Source: Burkholderiaceae bacterium (GTDB taxonomy: Bacteria > Pseudomonadota > Gammaproteobacteria > Burkholderiales > Burkholderiaceae_E). From it: 41,005 nucleotides of DNA. This document shows positions 10,399 to 19,645 of this stretch, in pieces. The DNA is taken from NCBI GenBank assembly GCA_024641185.1, contig JAHEDO010000365.1, forward strand, positions 1-41,005, read 5' to 3'. Numbering within the stretch: the stretch's first letter is position 1; each line of letters opens with the position of its first letter. The position numbers and the translations under genes are program-made. A model generated the notes under the pieces. The model saw only the letters and a program-made list of their open reading frames with translations, did no database searches and was not told the origin of the DNA.

Positions 10399-11121
10399 AT
10401 GAACGGCGATTCCGCGTTGCACGAACGCTACGACGCGCTTCAGGCCCGCATTTCCGCAGCCTGCAGCCGCGCCGGCCGCGATGCCGGCACAGTGCGCCTG
10501 CTCGCGGTCAGCAAGACCTTTCCGCCCGCCCGGGTGCTCGAGCTGGCAAGCCTCGGTCAGCGGGCATTCGGTGAGAGTTATCTACAGGAAGCCCTGCCCA
10601 AGATCAGCGCGTGTCGCGACGAACGGCCGGATTTCGCGCTCGAATGGCACTTCATCGGCCCGATCCAGTCCAACAAGACCAGGGCGATCGCCGAACGGTT
10701 CGACTGGGTGCAGTCGGTCGACCGGGAAAAGACCGCCCGGCGACTCGCCGAACAGCGCCCCGCGTCGACCGAGCCGCTGAACGTCTGCCTGCAGGTGAAC
10801 GTCAGCGGGGAGGCCACCAAGAGCGGCTGCGACCCCGCGCAGGCGCCCGGGCTCGCCGGCGCGATCGCAGCGCTTCCGCGGCTGCGGCTGCGTGGCGTGA
10901 TGGCGATCCCGGCGCCGACCGACGATCCGACGCTGCAGCGCGCGCAGTTCGCATCGGTGCGCAGGATCTACGAAGCCCTGCTCGACGCCGGCCACCGCCT
11001 CGACACCCTGTCGATCGGCATGTCCGACGATCTGGAGTCGGCGATCGCCGAAGGCGCGACGATGGTTCGCGTCGGCACCGCGCTCTTCGGCAGCCGCCCG
11101 CGTCAGCAGCCGGCCATCTGA
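10399..11121 (+). CDS. yggS: PLP homeostasis protein YggS/PipY family
   Basis: LLAVSKT (PLP Lys), WHFIGPIQSNK, LSIGMS.D and VRVGTALFG motifs; divergent from pilT as usual. Confidence 0.96.
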   Translation: MNGDSALHERYDALQARISAACSRAGRDAGTVRLLAVSKTFPPARVLELASLGQRAFGESYLQEALPKISACRDERPDFALEWHFIGPIQSNKTRAIAERFDWVQSVDREKTARRLAEQRPASTEPLNVCLQVNVSGEATKSGCDPAQAPGLAGAIAALPRLRLRGVMAIPAPTDDPTLQRAQFASVRRIYEALLDAGHRLDTLSIGMSDDLESAIAEGATMVRVGTALFGSRPRQQPAI

Positions 11122-11129
11122 TCGCACGG

Positions 11130-11199
11130 CACCGGGACGTCGCGGAGATCGCGCAGCAGGTCGTCACCGGGACGTCGCGCTGATCGCGCAGCACGTCGT
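11130..11199. repeat. Tandem 35-bp direct repeat (2 copies, 32/35 identical)
   Basis: CACCGGGACGTCGCGGAGATCGCGCAGCAGGTCGT (11130-11164) and CACCGGGACGTCGCGCTGATCGCGCAGCACGTCGT (11165-11199). Confidence 0.9.
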
Positions 11200-11276
11200 T
11201 CAGCACAGGACCATCGATGTCGCCCGCCGACCGGCGCGGCCACGCCACCGGCCCGCAACCGACAGCGCGGGCGCCG

Positions 11277-11308
11277 AAAACGACAAAGGCGCCGTCGATG
11301 CGGCGCCT
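11277..11308 (-). terminator. Probable intrinsic terminator of the rpsT transcript
   Basis: 8-bp stem AGGCGCCG/CGGCGCCT with a 6-nt loop, followed on the minus strand by TTGTCGTTTT. Confidence 0.65.
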
Positions 11309-11408
11309 CTGGTCCGGAGTTGTCGGCGGGTCCCTGGCGGGTCTACCGGCCTTTGTTCACTGGCACGCGGGCCGACTCGAACTCGTGACCCGAATCTGCC
11401 ACTAAGCG

Positions 11409-11433
11409 CGCGGGCGGCCCCGGGCCGCCCGCG
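11409..11433. other. Perfect 11-bp GC hairpin immediately after the rpsT stop
   Basis: CGCGGGCGGCC-CCG-GGCCGCCCGCG; no U-tract on either side. Confidence 0.7.
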
Positions 11434-11443
11434 AACCGGATGC

Positions 11444-11707
11444 TCAGGCCATCGCCTTGACGGCGGCGGCGAGCCGGCTCTTGTACCGGGCAGCGGCGTT
11501 CTTGTGGATCATGCGCTTGTCGGCGATGCTGTCGATCACGCTCGTGGACGCCGAGAAGGTCTTGGTCGCCGCGGCCTTGTCGCCCGCGGCGATCGCCTTG
11601 CGGACGGACTTGATCGCGGTGCGCAGTTTGGAGCGCAGACTCGAGTTGTGAGCGTTGCGAACCACCGCCTGACGGGCGCGTTTGCGGGCAGAGGCAATGT
11701 TGGCCAT
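11444..11707 (-). CDS. rpsT: 30S ribosomal protein S20
   Basis: [13 protein letters not shown]...[12 protein letters not shown]; 87 aa; AGGA RBS. Confidence 0.98.
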   Translation of the reverse strand: MANIASARKRARQAVVRNAHNSSLRSKLRTAIKSVRKAIAAGDKAAATKTFSASTSVIDSIADKRMIHKNAAARYKSRLAAAVKAMA

Positions 11708-11801
11708 GCGAAAATCCTGGAAATCCGGTCGATGTGGTGTCTGCTGCCGAAGACGGAACCCTTGGATGAGCCGCCGCCGGCGCTGAATCGGAAAGCCTTG
11801 A

Positions 11802-11831
11802 ATTATAACCGCTTTTTTGAAGACCCTGCAA
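11802..11831 (-). promoter_or_regulatory. Sigma70 promoter of rpsT
   Basis: TTGCAG-N18-TATAAT on the minus strand in an AT-rich patch, about 95 nt upstream of the ATG. Confidence 0.65.
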
Positions 11832-11877
11832 GACACCCGCACGCCCGCGCGCTGACACGGCGCGGCGGGGCCTTCCG

Positions 11878-13434
11878 ATGAATCTGCTTCGAGCGGCCGC
11901 CACCGTCAGCGGTATCACCCTTCTTTCGCGGATCACCGGGCTGATCCGGGAGAACCTCACCGCGTCGATCTTCGGGGCCTCGATCTTTACCGACGCCTTC
12001 TTCGTCGCCTTTCGGCTGCCAAATCTGCTGCGGCGCATGTTCGCCGAGGGCGCGTTCTCGCAGGCCTTCGTGCCGATGCTGGCGCACGCCCGGGCGGGCT
12101 CCGATGAGCAGACGACCAAGCTGATGGTCGATCGGATCGCCACCGCGCTGTTCTGGGTACTGCTCGCCGTCTCGGCGCTCGGCGTGGCCGCCGCCCCGGC
12201 CCTCGTATGGCTGATGGCGTCCGGGCTGTCCCGAGAGCCGCAGGCCTTCGACACCGCCGTCGTGATGACCCGATGGATGTTCCCCTACATCCTGTTCATC
12301 TCTCTGGTCGCACTGTCTTCCGGAATCCTCAACACCTGGCGACGGTTCGCGCTGCCGGCCTTCTCCCCGGTGCTGCTGAACCTCTGCTTCATCGGCGCGG
12401 CGCTCGGGCTGTCGCGCCACTTCGATCCGCCGGTCTACGCCCTGGCGGCCGGCGTCGTCCTGGGAGGCATCGCGCAGCTGGCGATCCAGATACCTGCGCT
12501 GCGGCGCATCGGCATGCTTCCACGGATCGGCCCCGGGCTGGTCACCGCGTTCCGCGACCCGCAGACCCGCCGCCTGCTCAGGCAGATGGGACCGGCGGTG
12601 CTCGCGGTGTCGGTCGCCCAGATCAGTCTGGTGGTCAACACGCACATCGCGTCGCGCCTTGCGGCGGGCAGCGTCTCCTGGATCTCGTACGCCGACCGAT
12701 TGATGGAATTCCCGACGGCGCTGCTCGGCGTCGCTCTGGGGACCGTGCTGCTGCCGAACCTGTCGCGCGCGGGTGCCGATGCGGACACGACCGAATACAG
12801 TCAGCTGCTCGACTGGGGCCTTCGCCTGGTGGTGGTCCTCGCGCTGCCGTGCATGGTGGGCCTGTCATTGATGGCCGAGCCCCTGACCGCGCTGCTGTTC
12901 AACTACGGACGATTCGGTGCGCACGACGTCGCAATGACGCAGGCCGCGGTGATCGGGTATTCGGTGGGGCTGCTGGGCCTCATCGCGATCAAGGTCCTCG
13001 CGCCGGGCTTCTACGCGAAGCAGGACCTGCGCACACCGGTGAAGATCGCGCTCTTCGTGCTGCTGCTCACCCAGCTGATGAACCTGGTGACCGTCCCGCT
13101 GTTCGCGCACGCGGGCCTGGCGCTGTCGATTTCGATCGGCGCGCTGGCCAATGCCGGGCTGCTCCTCGCGGGGCTGCGCCGCCGGGGCCTCTACACCCCG
13201 ACGCCCGACTGGACTCGCTTTCTGGCGCAGGTGATCGCCGCGTGCGCGGCGATGGGTCTGCTGCTCTGGTTCACCGTCGACAGGGTCGACTGGATCGGGA
13301 TGCACGCCCATCCGCTGCTGCGCATCGGCACCGGGCTGGCGCTGGTGGCCGGCGCCGGCCTGCTCTATCTCTCGACACTCGCGCTGCTGGGCGTGCGCCC
13401 GCGACATTTCCTGCGACGCGCCCGCGATCGCTGA
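11878..13434 (+). CDS. murJ: Lipid II flippase MurJ (MviN)
   Basis: [32 protein letters not shown] and YADRLMEFP motifs; divergent from rpsT. Confidence 0.97.
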   Translation: MNLLRAAATVSGITLLSRITGLIRENLTASIFGASIFTDAFFVAFRLPNLLRRMFAEGAFSQAFVPMLAHARAGSDEQTTKLMVDRIATALFWVLLAVSALGVAAAPALVWLMASGLSREPQAFDTAVVMTRWMFPYILFISLVALSSGILNTWRRFALPAFSPVLLNLCFIGAALGLSRHFDPPVYALAAGVVLGGIAQLAIQIPALRRIGMLPRIGPGLVTAFRDPQTRRLLRQMGPAVLAVSVAQISLVVNTHIASRLAAGSVSWISYADRLMEFPTALLGVALGTVLLPNLSRAGADADTTEYSQLLDWGLRLVVVLALPCMVGLSLMAEPLTALLFNYGRFGAHDVAMTQAAVIGYSVGLLGLIAIKVLAPGFYAKQDLRTPVKIALFVLLLTQLMNLVTVPLFAHAGLALSISIGALANAGLLLAGLRRRGLYTPTPDWTRFLAQVIAACAAMGLLLWFTVDRVDWIGMHAHPLLRIGTGLALVAGAGLLYLSTLALLGVRPRHFLRRARDR

Positions 13435-13467
13435 CCCGCAGCGCCTCGCGGATCCACGGAGAACAGA

Positions 13468-14280
13468 ATGAAGATCACGTTCATTGGCGGCGGAAACATG
13501 GCGAGCGCCCTGATCGGCGGCATGCTCGCGGGCTCCCGCGACGCGTCAGGCATCTCGGTCGTCGACCCGGACCCCATGTCGCGCGAACGGATCGCACAAC
13601 GGTTCGGGATCGCGACCTTCGAGCGGGCGGACGCGAAGGCGCTCGCCTGCGACGTCGTGGTGCTCGCGGTCAAGCCCCAGCAGATGCCCTCGGTCGCGAA
13701 GGAGATCGCCCCCGTTCTCCGGGGCCAGCTCGTGATCAGCGTGGCGGCCGGCATCCGGTCGGCCGACCTGTCGCGCTGGCTCGACGGACACGCGCGCATC
13801 GTGCGCACGATGCCCAACACGCCGGCGCTGATCGGCGAGGGAATCACCGCGCTCGTCGGCGCACCCGGGCTGGCCGCGGCGGATCGCGACGTGGCCCAGA
13901 CGATCATGGGCGCGGCGGGCCAGACGCTCTGGGTCGACGACGAGTCGATGATCGACGCGGTGACGGCGATCAGCGGCAGCGGTCCCGCCTACGTGTTCTT
14001 CTTCATGGAGGCGATGCAGGCGGCCGCGCAGGCGATGGGCTTCGACGAAGCGCAGGCACGCAAACTCACGTTGGCCACCTTCGCCGGCGCCGCGCGACTC
14101 GCGGTGAGTTCCGAGGACCCGCCGGCGGTGCTCAGGGAAAAGGTCACCTCGAAGGGCGGCACCACCGCTGCCGCACTCGCGGTGCTCGTCGAGCACGGGG
14201 TGCAGACCCACATCGCCGAAGCGATCGAGGCCGCGCGCCGCCGCTCGGCGGAACTTGGCGACGAATTCGGGCGAGGCTGA
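13468..14280 (+). CDS. proC: Pyrroline-5-carboxylate reductase
   Basis: IGGGNMA, LAVKPQ, RTMPNTP, SGSGPAY and VTSKGGTT motifs; GGAG RBS. Confidence 0.97.
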   Translation: MKITFIGGGNMASALIGGMLAGSRDASGISVVDPDPMSRERIAQRFGIATFERADAKALACDVVVLAVKPQQMPSVAKEIAPVLRGQLVISVAAGIRSADLSRWLDGHARIVRTMPNTPALIGEGITALVGAPGLAAADRDVAQTIMGAAGQTLWVDDESMIDAVTAISGSGPAYVFFFMEAMQAAAQAMGFDEAQARKLTLATFAGAARLAVSSEDPPAVLREKVTSKGGTTAAALAVLVEHGVQTHIAEAIEAARRRSAELGDEFGRG

Positions 14281-14294
14281 CAGCCGCGGAAGAC

Positions 14295-15161
14295 TCAGCG
14301 GATCAGGTACTCGAGCCACAGACCCACGAACACCACGGCGCCGAACCAGTTGTTCTGGTTGAACGCGCGAAAGCAGCCCTCGCGCTGGCGGTCACGAATG
14401 AGCAGGAAGTGGTACACCGCGATCCCCCCGGCGGCCGCGAGCCCCACGTAGTAGGGCGCACCGAACCCCTCGAGCCGGCCGACCAGCGCGAGCAGCCCCA
14501 GGGTGCCCGCGTAGCTGAACATGACCGCCGCGACGTCGAACCGGCCGAACGTGATGGCAGCGGTGCGGATGCCGATCTTGAGGTCGTCGTCACGGTCGAC
14601 CATCGCGTACTCCGTGTCGTACGCGATCGCCCAGAGGATGTTCGCCAGCAGCAGCAGCCACGCGGCCGTGGGCAGCTCGCCCAGGATCGCCGCGAACGCC
14701 ATCGGGATGCCGAAGCCGAACGCGATTCCGAGGTAGGCCTGCGGAATCGCGAAGAACCGCTTCGTGAACGGGTAGCTCGCCGCGAGGAAGGCCGCGACCA
14801 CCGCCAGGATCCAGGTGAGCTTGTTGAACGGAATGATCAGCGTGAGCGAGACCAGCGAGAGCACGACGAACACGGCTACCGCCTCCCAGGGTTCGATCAG
14901 GCCGGCGGTCAGCGGGCGCTCGCGCGTGCGCTCGACGTGGCGGTCGAAATCCCGGTCCGCGAAATCGTTGATCGCACAGCCCGCCGATCGCATCAGGACG
15001 GTGCCGACCACGAAGGCGAACAGCGGGTAGGCCGCCGGGTGTCCGTCCGACGCGATCAGCAGGGCCCAGAGCGTCGGCCAGAGCAGTAGAAGGATGCCGA
15101 TCGGCCGGTGCAGCCGCACGAGGCGCCAGTAAAGGTGCAACCGCGATTCGGGTGCGCTCAT
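14295..15161 (-). CDS. ubiA: 4-hydroxybenzoate octaprenyltransferase
   Basis: [23 protein letters not shown] (Asp-rich motif) and [13 protein letters not shown]; ATG overlaps the comEA stop. Confidence 0.96.
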   Translation of the reverse strand: MSAPESRLHLYWRLVRLHRPIGILLLLWPTLWALLIASDGHPAAYPLFAFVVGTVLMRSAGCAINDFADRDFDRHVERTRERPLTAGLIEPWEAVAVFVVLSLVSLTLIIPFNKLTWILAVVAAFLAASYPFTKRFFAIPQAYLGIAFGFGIPMAFAAILGELPTAAWLLLLANILWAIAYDTEYAMVDRDDDLKIGIRTAAITFGRFDVAAVMFSYAGTLGLLALVGRLEGFGAPYYVGLAAAGGIAVYHFLLIRDRQREGCFRAFNQNNWFGAVVFVGLWLEYLIR

Positions 15162-15511
15162 CGCGGGGCGGCCTTCGCCGTTCGGCGGGGCGCTTCGCCA
15201 CGGTCGGCGCCTGCGGCCGGGTCCGCGCGCCCGCCGGCGGTCACGATCACGCCGTTGCCGCCGACCGTCAAACCGGCGGCGACCATCCTGCGCATTCGCG
15301 CCTCGCCGATGCCCTTGACGCGACGCACCAGATCCCGGGTGTCGGAGAAAGGACGTTTGCGGCGCTCCTCGACGATGCGCGCGGAGGTGGCGGGTCCGAT
15401 GCCGGAGATCGACTCGAGCTCCGCGCGGCTGGCGGTGTTGGCGTCGACGCCCGCCATCGCGATCCCGGTGGCGGCGAGAAACGCGAAGGCGGCCAATGCG
15501 AGCTTGTTCAT
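15158..15511 (-). CDS. comEA: ComEA family helix-hairpin-helix DNA-binding protein with signal peptide
   Basis: Signal peptide, then [17 protein letters not shown] and VKGIG HhH motifs; GGAG RBS. Confidence 0.85.
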   Translation of the reverse strand: MNKLALAAFAFLAATGIAMAGVDANTASRAELESISGIGPATSARIVEERRKRPFSDTRDLVRRVKGIGEARMRRMVAAGLTVGGNGVIVTAGGRADPAAGADRGEAPRRTAKAAPR

Positions 15512-15694
15512 GGCTGACTCTCCAGGGACCGGAAGACACGGGCGGCGCGATTGCCGCGCATGCCGACGATTAGAGCACCGGGGAGCGTCGTGCCGCCGCA
15601 TCTTGCATCGTCGTCAACGCCTAGGCCTGAGGGCTGCCCGGCGTGAGGTCCGCGCGGACGAGCCGCTCCTCGGGTGCTGCAATCGCGACCCGCT

Positions 15695-16678
15695 TCACGA
15701 CCTCGCGTTCAGCCACTCGACGTAGCGGGACACCCCCTGCTGCACCGTTGCGAACGGCGCCTGATAGCCGATGGCACGCAACCTGGCCATGTCGGCCTGG
15801 GTGAAGCTCTGGTACTTGCCCTTGAGCGCGTCGGGGAAAGGCACGTATTCGAGCAGGCCGCCGGCGACGAGTTCCGCGTGGCCCAGCACCGGCTCGCCCG
15901 CCAGGCTGCGCATCGTGTTGACCACGGTTGCCGCAACGTCGTTGAACGGCTGCGCCAGGCCCGTGCCCAGATTGAAGATCCCGCTCGCCTGCGGGTGGTC
16001 CAGGAAGAACAGGTTCACCGCGACGACGTCGTCGACATGGATGAAGTCCCGGCTCTGTTCTCCGGCACCCCACCCGTCCCAACCGCCGAACAGGCGCACC
16101 TTGCCCTCGTCACGGAACTGTCCGAAGTTGTGGAAGGCGACCGACGCCATCCGGCCCTTGTGCGTCTCGCGCGGCCCGTAGACGTTGAAATAGCGCAGCC
16201 CCACGATCTGGCTGGCATTGGCCGGCAGGCGCCGGCGCACGATCTGGTCGAACAGGAACTTCGAATACCCGTAGACGTTGAGCGGTTGCTCGAACTCGCG
16301 CTGCTCGACGAAACGCTGCGAACTGCCGTACACCGCGGCCGAAGAGGCGTAGATGAACGGGATCCCGCGCGCGGCCGCATATTCGAGCAGCGCCATCGAG
16401 TAGCGGAAATTGTTCTCCATCATGTAGCGGCCGTCGGTCTCCATCGTGTCCGAACAGGCGCCCTGGTGGAAGATCGCACGTACGCGCTCCAGGCCCGGCA
16501 GCATGGCGACCAGGTCGCGCTTGTCGACATAGTCCGCAATCTCGCAGTCCACCAGGTTGCGGAACTTGTCCGCCCTCGTGAGGTTGTCGACCGCGACGAT
16601 GTCCTTCTCGCCACGCCCGTTCAGAGCGTGCACCAGGTTGCTTCCGATGAATCCGGCCGCGCCGGTCACGATGATCAC
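15695..16678 (-). CDS. hldD: ADP-L-glycero-D-manno-heptose 6-epimerase
   Basis: [28 protein letters not shown] and YQSFTQAD motifs; GTG start with AAGGA RBS. Confidence 0.96.
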   Translation of the reverse strand: MIIVTGAAGFIGSNLVHALNGRGEKDIVAVDNLTRADKFRNLVDCEIADYVDKRDLVAMLPGLERVRAIFHQGACSDTMETDGRYMMENNFRYSMALLEYAAARGIPFIYASSAAVYGSSQRFVEQREFEQPLNVYGYSKFLFDQIVRRRLPANASQIVGLRYFNVYGPRETHKGRMASVAFHNFGQFRDEGKVRLFGGWDGWGAGEQSRDFIHVDDVVAVNLFFLDHPQASGIFNLGTGLAQPFNDVAATVVNTMRSLAGEPVLGHAELVAGGLLEYVPFPDALKGKYQSFTQADMARLRAIGYQAPFATVQQGVSRYVEWLNARS

Positions 16679-16695
16679 TTTTCTTTCCTTTGCAT

Positions 16696-17712
16696 TCAGG
16701 TGATGCGCTTCACCGGCGGGCCGTCAGCCCCCGCTCGCGTCCCCACCGGGGGCTCACCATCGAACAATTCGTCGGGCGTCACGGTGGCGGTGCCCAGCTT
16801 GCCGACGACGATCCCGCCCGCCCGATTCGCCAGCCCCACCGCGTCGCGCGCGCTGCGCCCGGCCGCCAGCATCGCCGACAGCACCGCGACCACCGTGTCG
16901 CCGGCCCCCGAAACATCGTAGACCTCTCGCGCCTGCGCGGGGACACGGAACTCGCCGTCGTCCGAGTAGAGCGTCATGCCCTCTTCGGAACGCGTGAGCA
17001 GCAGGTACCGGATCGCCAGCTCGCTGCGCAGCTTCTGGGCACGGGCGCTGAGGTCGGCTTCGTCGCGCCAGCCGCCGACCACGTCGCGCAGCTCGGCACG
17101 ATTCGGCGTCAGCATCGTCACGCCGCGATAGCGGCTGTAATCGTCGCCCTTCGGGTCGACGATGACCAGCTTTCCCGCGGCCAGCGCTTCCGCGACCATG
17201 GTCTCGATCTGCGCGAGGCTGCCCTTGCCGTAGTCCGACAGGACGACAACCTGGGCGGCTGGCAGCAGGCGGCGCATTGTCTCGAGCTTGCTCATCAGCG
17301 CCGGCGCGCCGGGCGCCTGTTCGAAATCGATCCGCAGCAGCTGCTGCTGGCGGCCGATCACCCTCAGCTTGATCGTTGTCGGCAGTGCCTCGTCGATCGC
17401 CAGCCGGCATTCGATGCCTGCCTGGCGCGCCAGTGCTTCGATGCGCCGGCCCGGCTCGTCGTCGCCGACGATCCCGATCAGCGCGGCGTGCACGCCGAGC
17501 ACCGCCAGGTTCAACGCGACGTTGGCGGCGCCGCCCAGCCTTTCCTCGCTGCCCGTCACGCGCACGATCGGCACCGGCGCCTCCGGCGAGATCCGCGCGA
17601 CATCGCCGAACCAGTAGCGGTCCAGCATCACGTCACCCACGACCAGGACGTTGCAGCCGGAAAAATCGATCCGCGCGTCGTCCCGTTCCGACAGCTCGCC
17701 CTGCGCGCTCAT
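16696..17712 (-). CDS. rfaE1: D-glycero-beta-D-manno-heptose-7-phosphate kinase (RfaE domain I / HldA)
   Basis: [23 protein letters not shown] and DVSGAGDT (PfkB signature); kinase domain only. Confidence 0.93.
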   Translation of the reverse strand: MSAQGELSERDDARIDFSGCNVLVVGDVMLDRYWFGDVARISPEAPVPIVRVTGSEERLGGAANVALNLAVLGVHAALIGIVGDDEPGRRIEALARQAGIECRLAIDEALPTTIKLRVIGRQQQLLRIDFEQAPGAPALMSKLETMRRLLPAAQVVVLSDYGKGSLAQIETMVAEALAAGKLVIVDPKGDDYSRYRGVTMLTPNRAELRDVVGGWRDEADLSARAQKLRSELAIRYLLLTRSEEGMTLYSDDGEFRVPAQAREVYDVSGAGDTVVAVLSAMLAAGRSARDAVGLANRAGGIVVGKLGTATVTPDELFDGEPPVGTRAGADGPPVKRIT

Positions 17713-18890
17713 CCCCGCTCCATTTCCTCTGTGCGCCTCGGCGCGTAGCTTTCCCAACGGCTGCAACCCGGGCACTGCCAGTAGAACTGCCGGGCCTTGA
17801 ATCCGCAGCGGCTGCAGACGTAGCGGGCAAGCCTGCTGGCCTGCGGCTGGATCAGCCGCTGGCTCAATTCGATCTCGGCGCGCTCCGCGCCTTCGGCGCG
17901 CCCGGCGCGCAGCTCCAGGAGCTTCTCCAGACCGAGAAGAGACGGCTGGCGCTTCAGCTCCGCCTCTACCCACTCGATCGCTGCAGCCGCTCCCCGGGCT
18001 TCGCGCAGCGCGTCGGCGATCGCGGCGAGCGTATCGACCGACGGACTTCGACTGTGCACGTCGAGCAGCGAATCGATGCCCTGCACCGACTGCCCGATCG
18101 CTGCGTGCGCCTCGAGCCAACCGCGAGCCACCAGTGCAAGGTAAGGCGAATTTTCGCCGGTGAGCGCACCCCAGGCCCGGATCGCCGCCGCGGACTCCCC
18201 CTGCGCGAACGCAAGCTCTCCGGCGAGCAGCACCGGACGCGCGTGGTCGGGCGCCGCGCCGGCCGCGGCCTCGATTTCGCGGCGGGCGCGCTCGAAGCGG
18301 TCGGCGGACTCGGACGCGAGCGCCGAGGCCGCGAGCTCGCAGTGAAAGTGCGCGACATCGCGCCCGTGATCGTCGCCGGTGTCGCGCGCCAGCCGTTCGG
18401 CAAGAGAGATCGCCTGCGGCCAGTCGCGCACCATCTGGGCGATCTCCAGCTTGTGGCGCAGGGCAGCGGCCGCGTGGCGCGAACCTTCGAGCCGGTTGAA
18501 GGTCTCCTCCGCACGATCCAGAAGGCCGGCCTTGAGGTAATCCTTCCCGAGCGCGTAGATCGCGTGCTCGCGCTGCTCGGCGTCGAGATCGCTTCGCTGC
18601 GCGAGGTTCAGGTGAACGCGAATCGCCCGGTCGGTCTCGCCGCGTCGGCGAAACAGATTACCGAGCGCGAAGTGCAGATCGATCGTTTCCGGGTCGAGCT
18701 TGACGACGTCGATGAAGGCGTCGATCGCCTTGTCCGGCTGTTCGTTGAGCAGGAAGTTCAGGCCGCGGAAATACGCATCCGGCAGTTCGCCCCGGCGGGC
18801 GGGCGCATTGTGCAGGTCCACGCGCGCGGCGAACCAGCCGAGCACGAAGAACAGCGGTATCGCCAGAAGCCACCAGGACTCGAATTCCAT
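17709..18890 (-). CDS. lapB: LPS assembly protein B (TPR repeats plus rubredoxin-like domain)
   Basis: N-terminal TM helix, YFRGLNFLL, FRRRGETDRAIRVH, C-terminal CSRCGF...WQCPGC. Confidence 0.96.
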   Translation of the reverse strand: MEFESWWLLAIPLFFVLGWFAARVDLHNAPARRGELPDAYFRGLNFLLNEQPDKAIDAFIDVVKLDPETIDLHFALGNLFRRRGETDRAIRVHLNLAQRSDLDAEQREHAIYALGKDYLKAGLLDRAEETFNRLEGSRHAAAALRHKLEIAQMVRDWPQAISLAERLARDTGDDHGRDVAHFHCELAASALASESADRFERARREIEAAAGAAPDHARPVLLAGELAFAQGESAAAIRAWGALTGENSPYLALVARGWLEAHAAIGQSVQGIDSLLDVHSRSPSVDTLAAIADALREARGAAAAIEWVEAELKRQPSLLGLEKLLELRAGRAEGAERAEIELSQRLIQPQASRLARYVCSRCGFKARQFYWQCPGCSRWESYAPRRTEEMERG

Positions 18891-18929
18891 CGCGCGACGT
18901 CAGCGGCACCAGCCCCTCGGCCCCGCGAC

Positions 18930-19262
18930 TCAGGCCTCCGGTCTGGGCAGCGGTTGCGCCGCAGGCAACGGCACGTCTGGCGGTGACGCGGGCGCTGGAG
19001 TCCCGGCGGACTTCTCCATGACCCGCAGCTCCCGACGCAGGCGACCGATTTCGCGGCGCAGCCGGAACCAGGTTGGCACCACGCCGAGCAGGCCGAGCAG
19101 TGCGCCCGCGGCGAAGAACACCAGCAGAAAGATGACCAGCGGCGCACGCCAGACGAGGTCGACGCCGAAGAAACGCAGTTCGGTGATCCCGGTGTTCGAC
19201 AGCGCGAACCCCAGCGCCGCGAGAAACAGGACGATGCGAAAGAACCAGGAGATGACGCGCAT
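18930..19262 (-). CDS. lapA: LPS assembly protein A (LapA/DUF1049)
   Basis: Two TM segments with FALSN and APLV; lies between ihfB and lapB. Confidence 0.85.
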   Translation of the reverse strand: MRVISWFFRIVLFLAALGFALSNTGITELRFFGVDLVWRAPLVIFLLVFFAAGALLGLLGVVPTWFRLRREIGRLRRELRVMEKSAGTPAPASPPDVPLPAAQPLPRPEA

Positions 19263-19292
19263 GCGGGAGTGGCCCTCTTGCTGGCCCGGGAC

Positions 19293-19589
19293 TTACTCGC
19301 CGTCCCTGAGGGCTGCGTCGACGCGCTCTCGAAGCTCCTTGCCGGGCTTGAAGTGCGGAACGCGCTTTTCCGGGACGAGCACGCGCTCTCCCGACTTGGG
19401 GTTTCGCCCCACGCGAGGCGGGCGATGTGAAAGCGCGAAGCTGCCGAATCCGCGGATCTCGATGCGACGTCCCTCCGCAAGCGTACGAATCATCGCATCG
19501 AGAATGGTCTTGACCGCGAACTCGGCATCCTTCGCAACCAGCTGCGGATACCTGTCGGCGAGCCTCGCAATGAGCTCGGACTTCGTCAT
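19293..19589 (-). CDS. ihfB: Integration host factor subunit beta
   Basis: [23 protein letters not shown] and [13 protein letters not shown] motifs. Confidence 0.97.
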   Translation of the reverse strand: MTKSELIARLADRYPQLVAKDAEFAVKTILDAMIRTLAEGRRIEIRGFGSFALSHRPPRVGRNPKSGERVLVPEKRVPHFKPGKELRERVDAALRDGE

Positions 19590-19645
19590 CGTGGTCGGGG
19601 ATTGCTGTCTGTCTTCCACGGAAGTCCGGCCCTTGCGAGTACCGC

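Noticed and set aside
11130-11199. CRISPR-like 35-bp repeats
   Set aside because: Only two directly adjacent units, with no spacers and no cas genes.
11360-11433. Intact tRNA gene on the minus strand (D-loop-like AGTGG, GTTCGA, CCA)
   Set aside because: No anticodon arm and the T-stem does not pair; kept only as a structured-RNA hypothesis.
16696-18120. Extended ORF-track starts for rfaE1 (likewise ubiA, pilT, rpsT, aroA, tyrA, ubiG, the HAD phosphatase and the ABC ATPase)
   Set aside because: The extensions overlap neighbouring genes or promoters; internal starts match the family N-termini and mostly have an RBS or a stop/start overlap.
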